From Macrostomum lignano (taxonomy: Eukaryota): a DNA stretch of 64,000 bases. The stretch's first letter is position 1, and the number at the start of each line of letters is the position of its first letter. This document shows, one piece after another, positions 62,601 to 64,000 of this stretch. The notes beneath the pieces were generated by a model that was not told where the DNA came from, did not search any database, and worked only from the letters and a program-made list of their open reading frames with translations. Both the position numbers and the translations under genes were made by a program. The stretch lies in the NCBI GenBank assembly GCA_002269645.1, contig NIVC01000503.1:1-64000 (forward strand), given 5' to 3'.

Positions 62601-64000
62601 AATGAACTGGATAGATTAGCAATCCACACTGTGTCACAATGAACTGGATAGATTAGCAATCCACACTGTGTCACAATGAACTGGATAGATTAGCAATCCA
62701 CACTGTGTCACAATGAATTGGATAGATTAGCAATCCACACTGTGTCACAATGAACTGGATAGATTAGCAATCCACACTGTGTCACAATGAATTGGATAGA
62801 TTAGCAATCCACACTGTGTCACAATGAACTGGATAGATTAGCAATCCACACTGTGTCACAATGAATTGTCAATAGATTAGCAATCCACACTGTGTCACAA
62901 TGAATTGGATAGATTAGCAATCCACACTGTGTCACAATGAATTGTCAATAGATTAGCAATCCACACTGTGTCACAATGAACTGGATAGATTAGCAATCCA
63001 CACTGTGTCACAATGAACTGGATAGATTAGCAATCCACACTGTGTCACAATGAATTGTCAATAGATTAGCAATCCACACTGTGTCACAATGAATTGGATA
63101 GATTAGCAATCCACACTGTGTCACAATGAATTGTCAATAGATTAGCAATCCACACTGTGTCACAATGAACTGGATAGATTAGCAATCCACACTGTGTCAC
63201 AATGAACTGGATAGATTAGCAATCCACACTGTCACAATGAATTGGATAGATTAGCAATCCACACTGTGTCACAATGAATTGTCAATAGATTAGCAATCCA
63301 CACTGTGTCACAATGAATTGGATAGATTAGCAATCCACATTGTGTCACAATGAACTGGATAGATTAGCAATCCACACTGTGTCACAATGAACTGGATAGA
63401 TTAGCAATCCACACTGTGTCACAATGAATTGTCAATAGATTAGCAATCCACACTGTGTCACAATGAACTGGATAGATTAGCAATCCACACTGTGTCACAA
63501 TGAACTGGATAGATTAGCAATCCACACTGTGTCACAATGAATTGGATAGATTAGCAATCCACATTGTGTCACAATGAACTGGATAGATTAGCAATCCACA
63601 CTGTGTCACAATGAATTGGATAGATTAGCAATCCACATTGTGTCACAATGAATTGGATAGATTAGCAATCCACACTGTGTCACAATGAATTGGATAGATT
63701 AGCAATCCACATTGTGTCACAATGAACTGGATAGATTAGCAATCCACACTGTGTCACAATGAATTGGATAGATTAGCAATCCATACTGTGTCACAATGAA
63801 CTGTCAATAGATTAGCAATCCACATTGTGTCACAATGAACTGGATAGATTAGCAATCCACATTGTGTCACAATGAACTGGATAGATTAGCAATCCACACT
63901 GTGTCACAATGAATTAAGTGAGTTAATGACTGAAAACTCGAATCGGCAGGATGCTGGAGGAGCCGCTGCCCGAAGCCTCGGCCAGGCTGTACAGCGACTC
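56642..64000 (+). CDS. NAPG: Gamma-soluble NSF attachment protein (gamma-SNAP), first three exons; runs off the window
   Basis: Exons 56642-56694, 62122-62442, 63950->64000; phases consistent. MSSKIAEAEQHIKAAEDSLKTGLLKMRRSPDYDSAADEYAKAAAAF...LFHAAKHLETA...ENGNPDSASLMLEKGAK recalls NAPG (PDYDSAASEYGKAA, LFHAAKAYEQA). Confidence 0.85.
58270..59250 (-). mobile_element. Decayed Tc1/mariner (maT/DD37D-like) transposase remnant in NAPG intron 1
   Basis: Minus-strand fragments TIRKAMLEDLRYHSY..LLTPQQK..FFSNEKVF, KYPASMIML, VKPWIDSVAAGRLYVF*QD, WPLNSPDANPLEYFYW, with many stops. Confidence 0.75.
62504..63915. repeat. 37-bp satellite (~38 units) filling NAPG intron 2
   Basis: Unit GATTAGCAATCCACACTGTGTCACAATGAACTGGATA, with AATTGGATA and AATTGTCAATA variants. 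Confidence 0.97.

Noticed and set aside
62504-63915. 37-bp array as a CRISPR repeat (similar length, partial palindrome)
   Set aside because: No spacers; it lies inside a spliceosomal intron of NAPG.

Overview
Eukaryotic (metazoan) genomic DNA with GT-AG introns. A free-living flatworm such as Macrostomum is my inference from gene style and an SME16-like EF-hand gene; it is not proven. Left third (0.2-25 kb): a tandem segmental duplication carrying two intact 5-exon genes for a 402-aa secreted protein (signal peptide + PAN/apple + ALK/LTK-type glycine-rich domain), plus an orphan exon and a pseudogene of the same family. Copy B carries a 3.7-kb PIF/Harbinger element (18-bp TIRs, AAG TSD) rearranged into a ~1.2-kb-stem palindrome 400 bp upstream of the gene, and two MITEs of that family. 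Middle (26-39 kb): a 4-EF-hand gene with a 33-bp intronic VNTR, a G-rich minisatellite, a C2H2/coiled-coil gene, a truncated Crypton-like gene with 85-bp satellite arrays, and long microsatellites. Right part (39.8-64 kb): a complete 18-exon axonemal dynein heavy chain (DNAH6-like, minus strand, four apparent 1-nt deletions within 1 kb) head-to-head with gamma-SNAP (NAPG). NAPG intron 1 is strongly CpG-depleted and intron 2 is almost entirely a 37-bp satellite. I found no rRNA, tRNA or CRISPR array. All alignments, counts and exon models were made by eye; family assignments rest on recalled motifs, not database searches.
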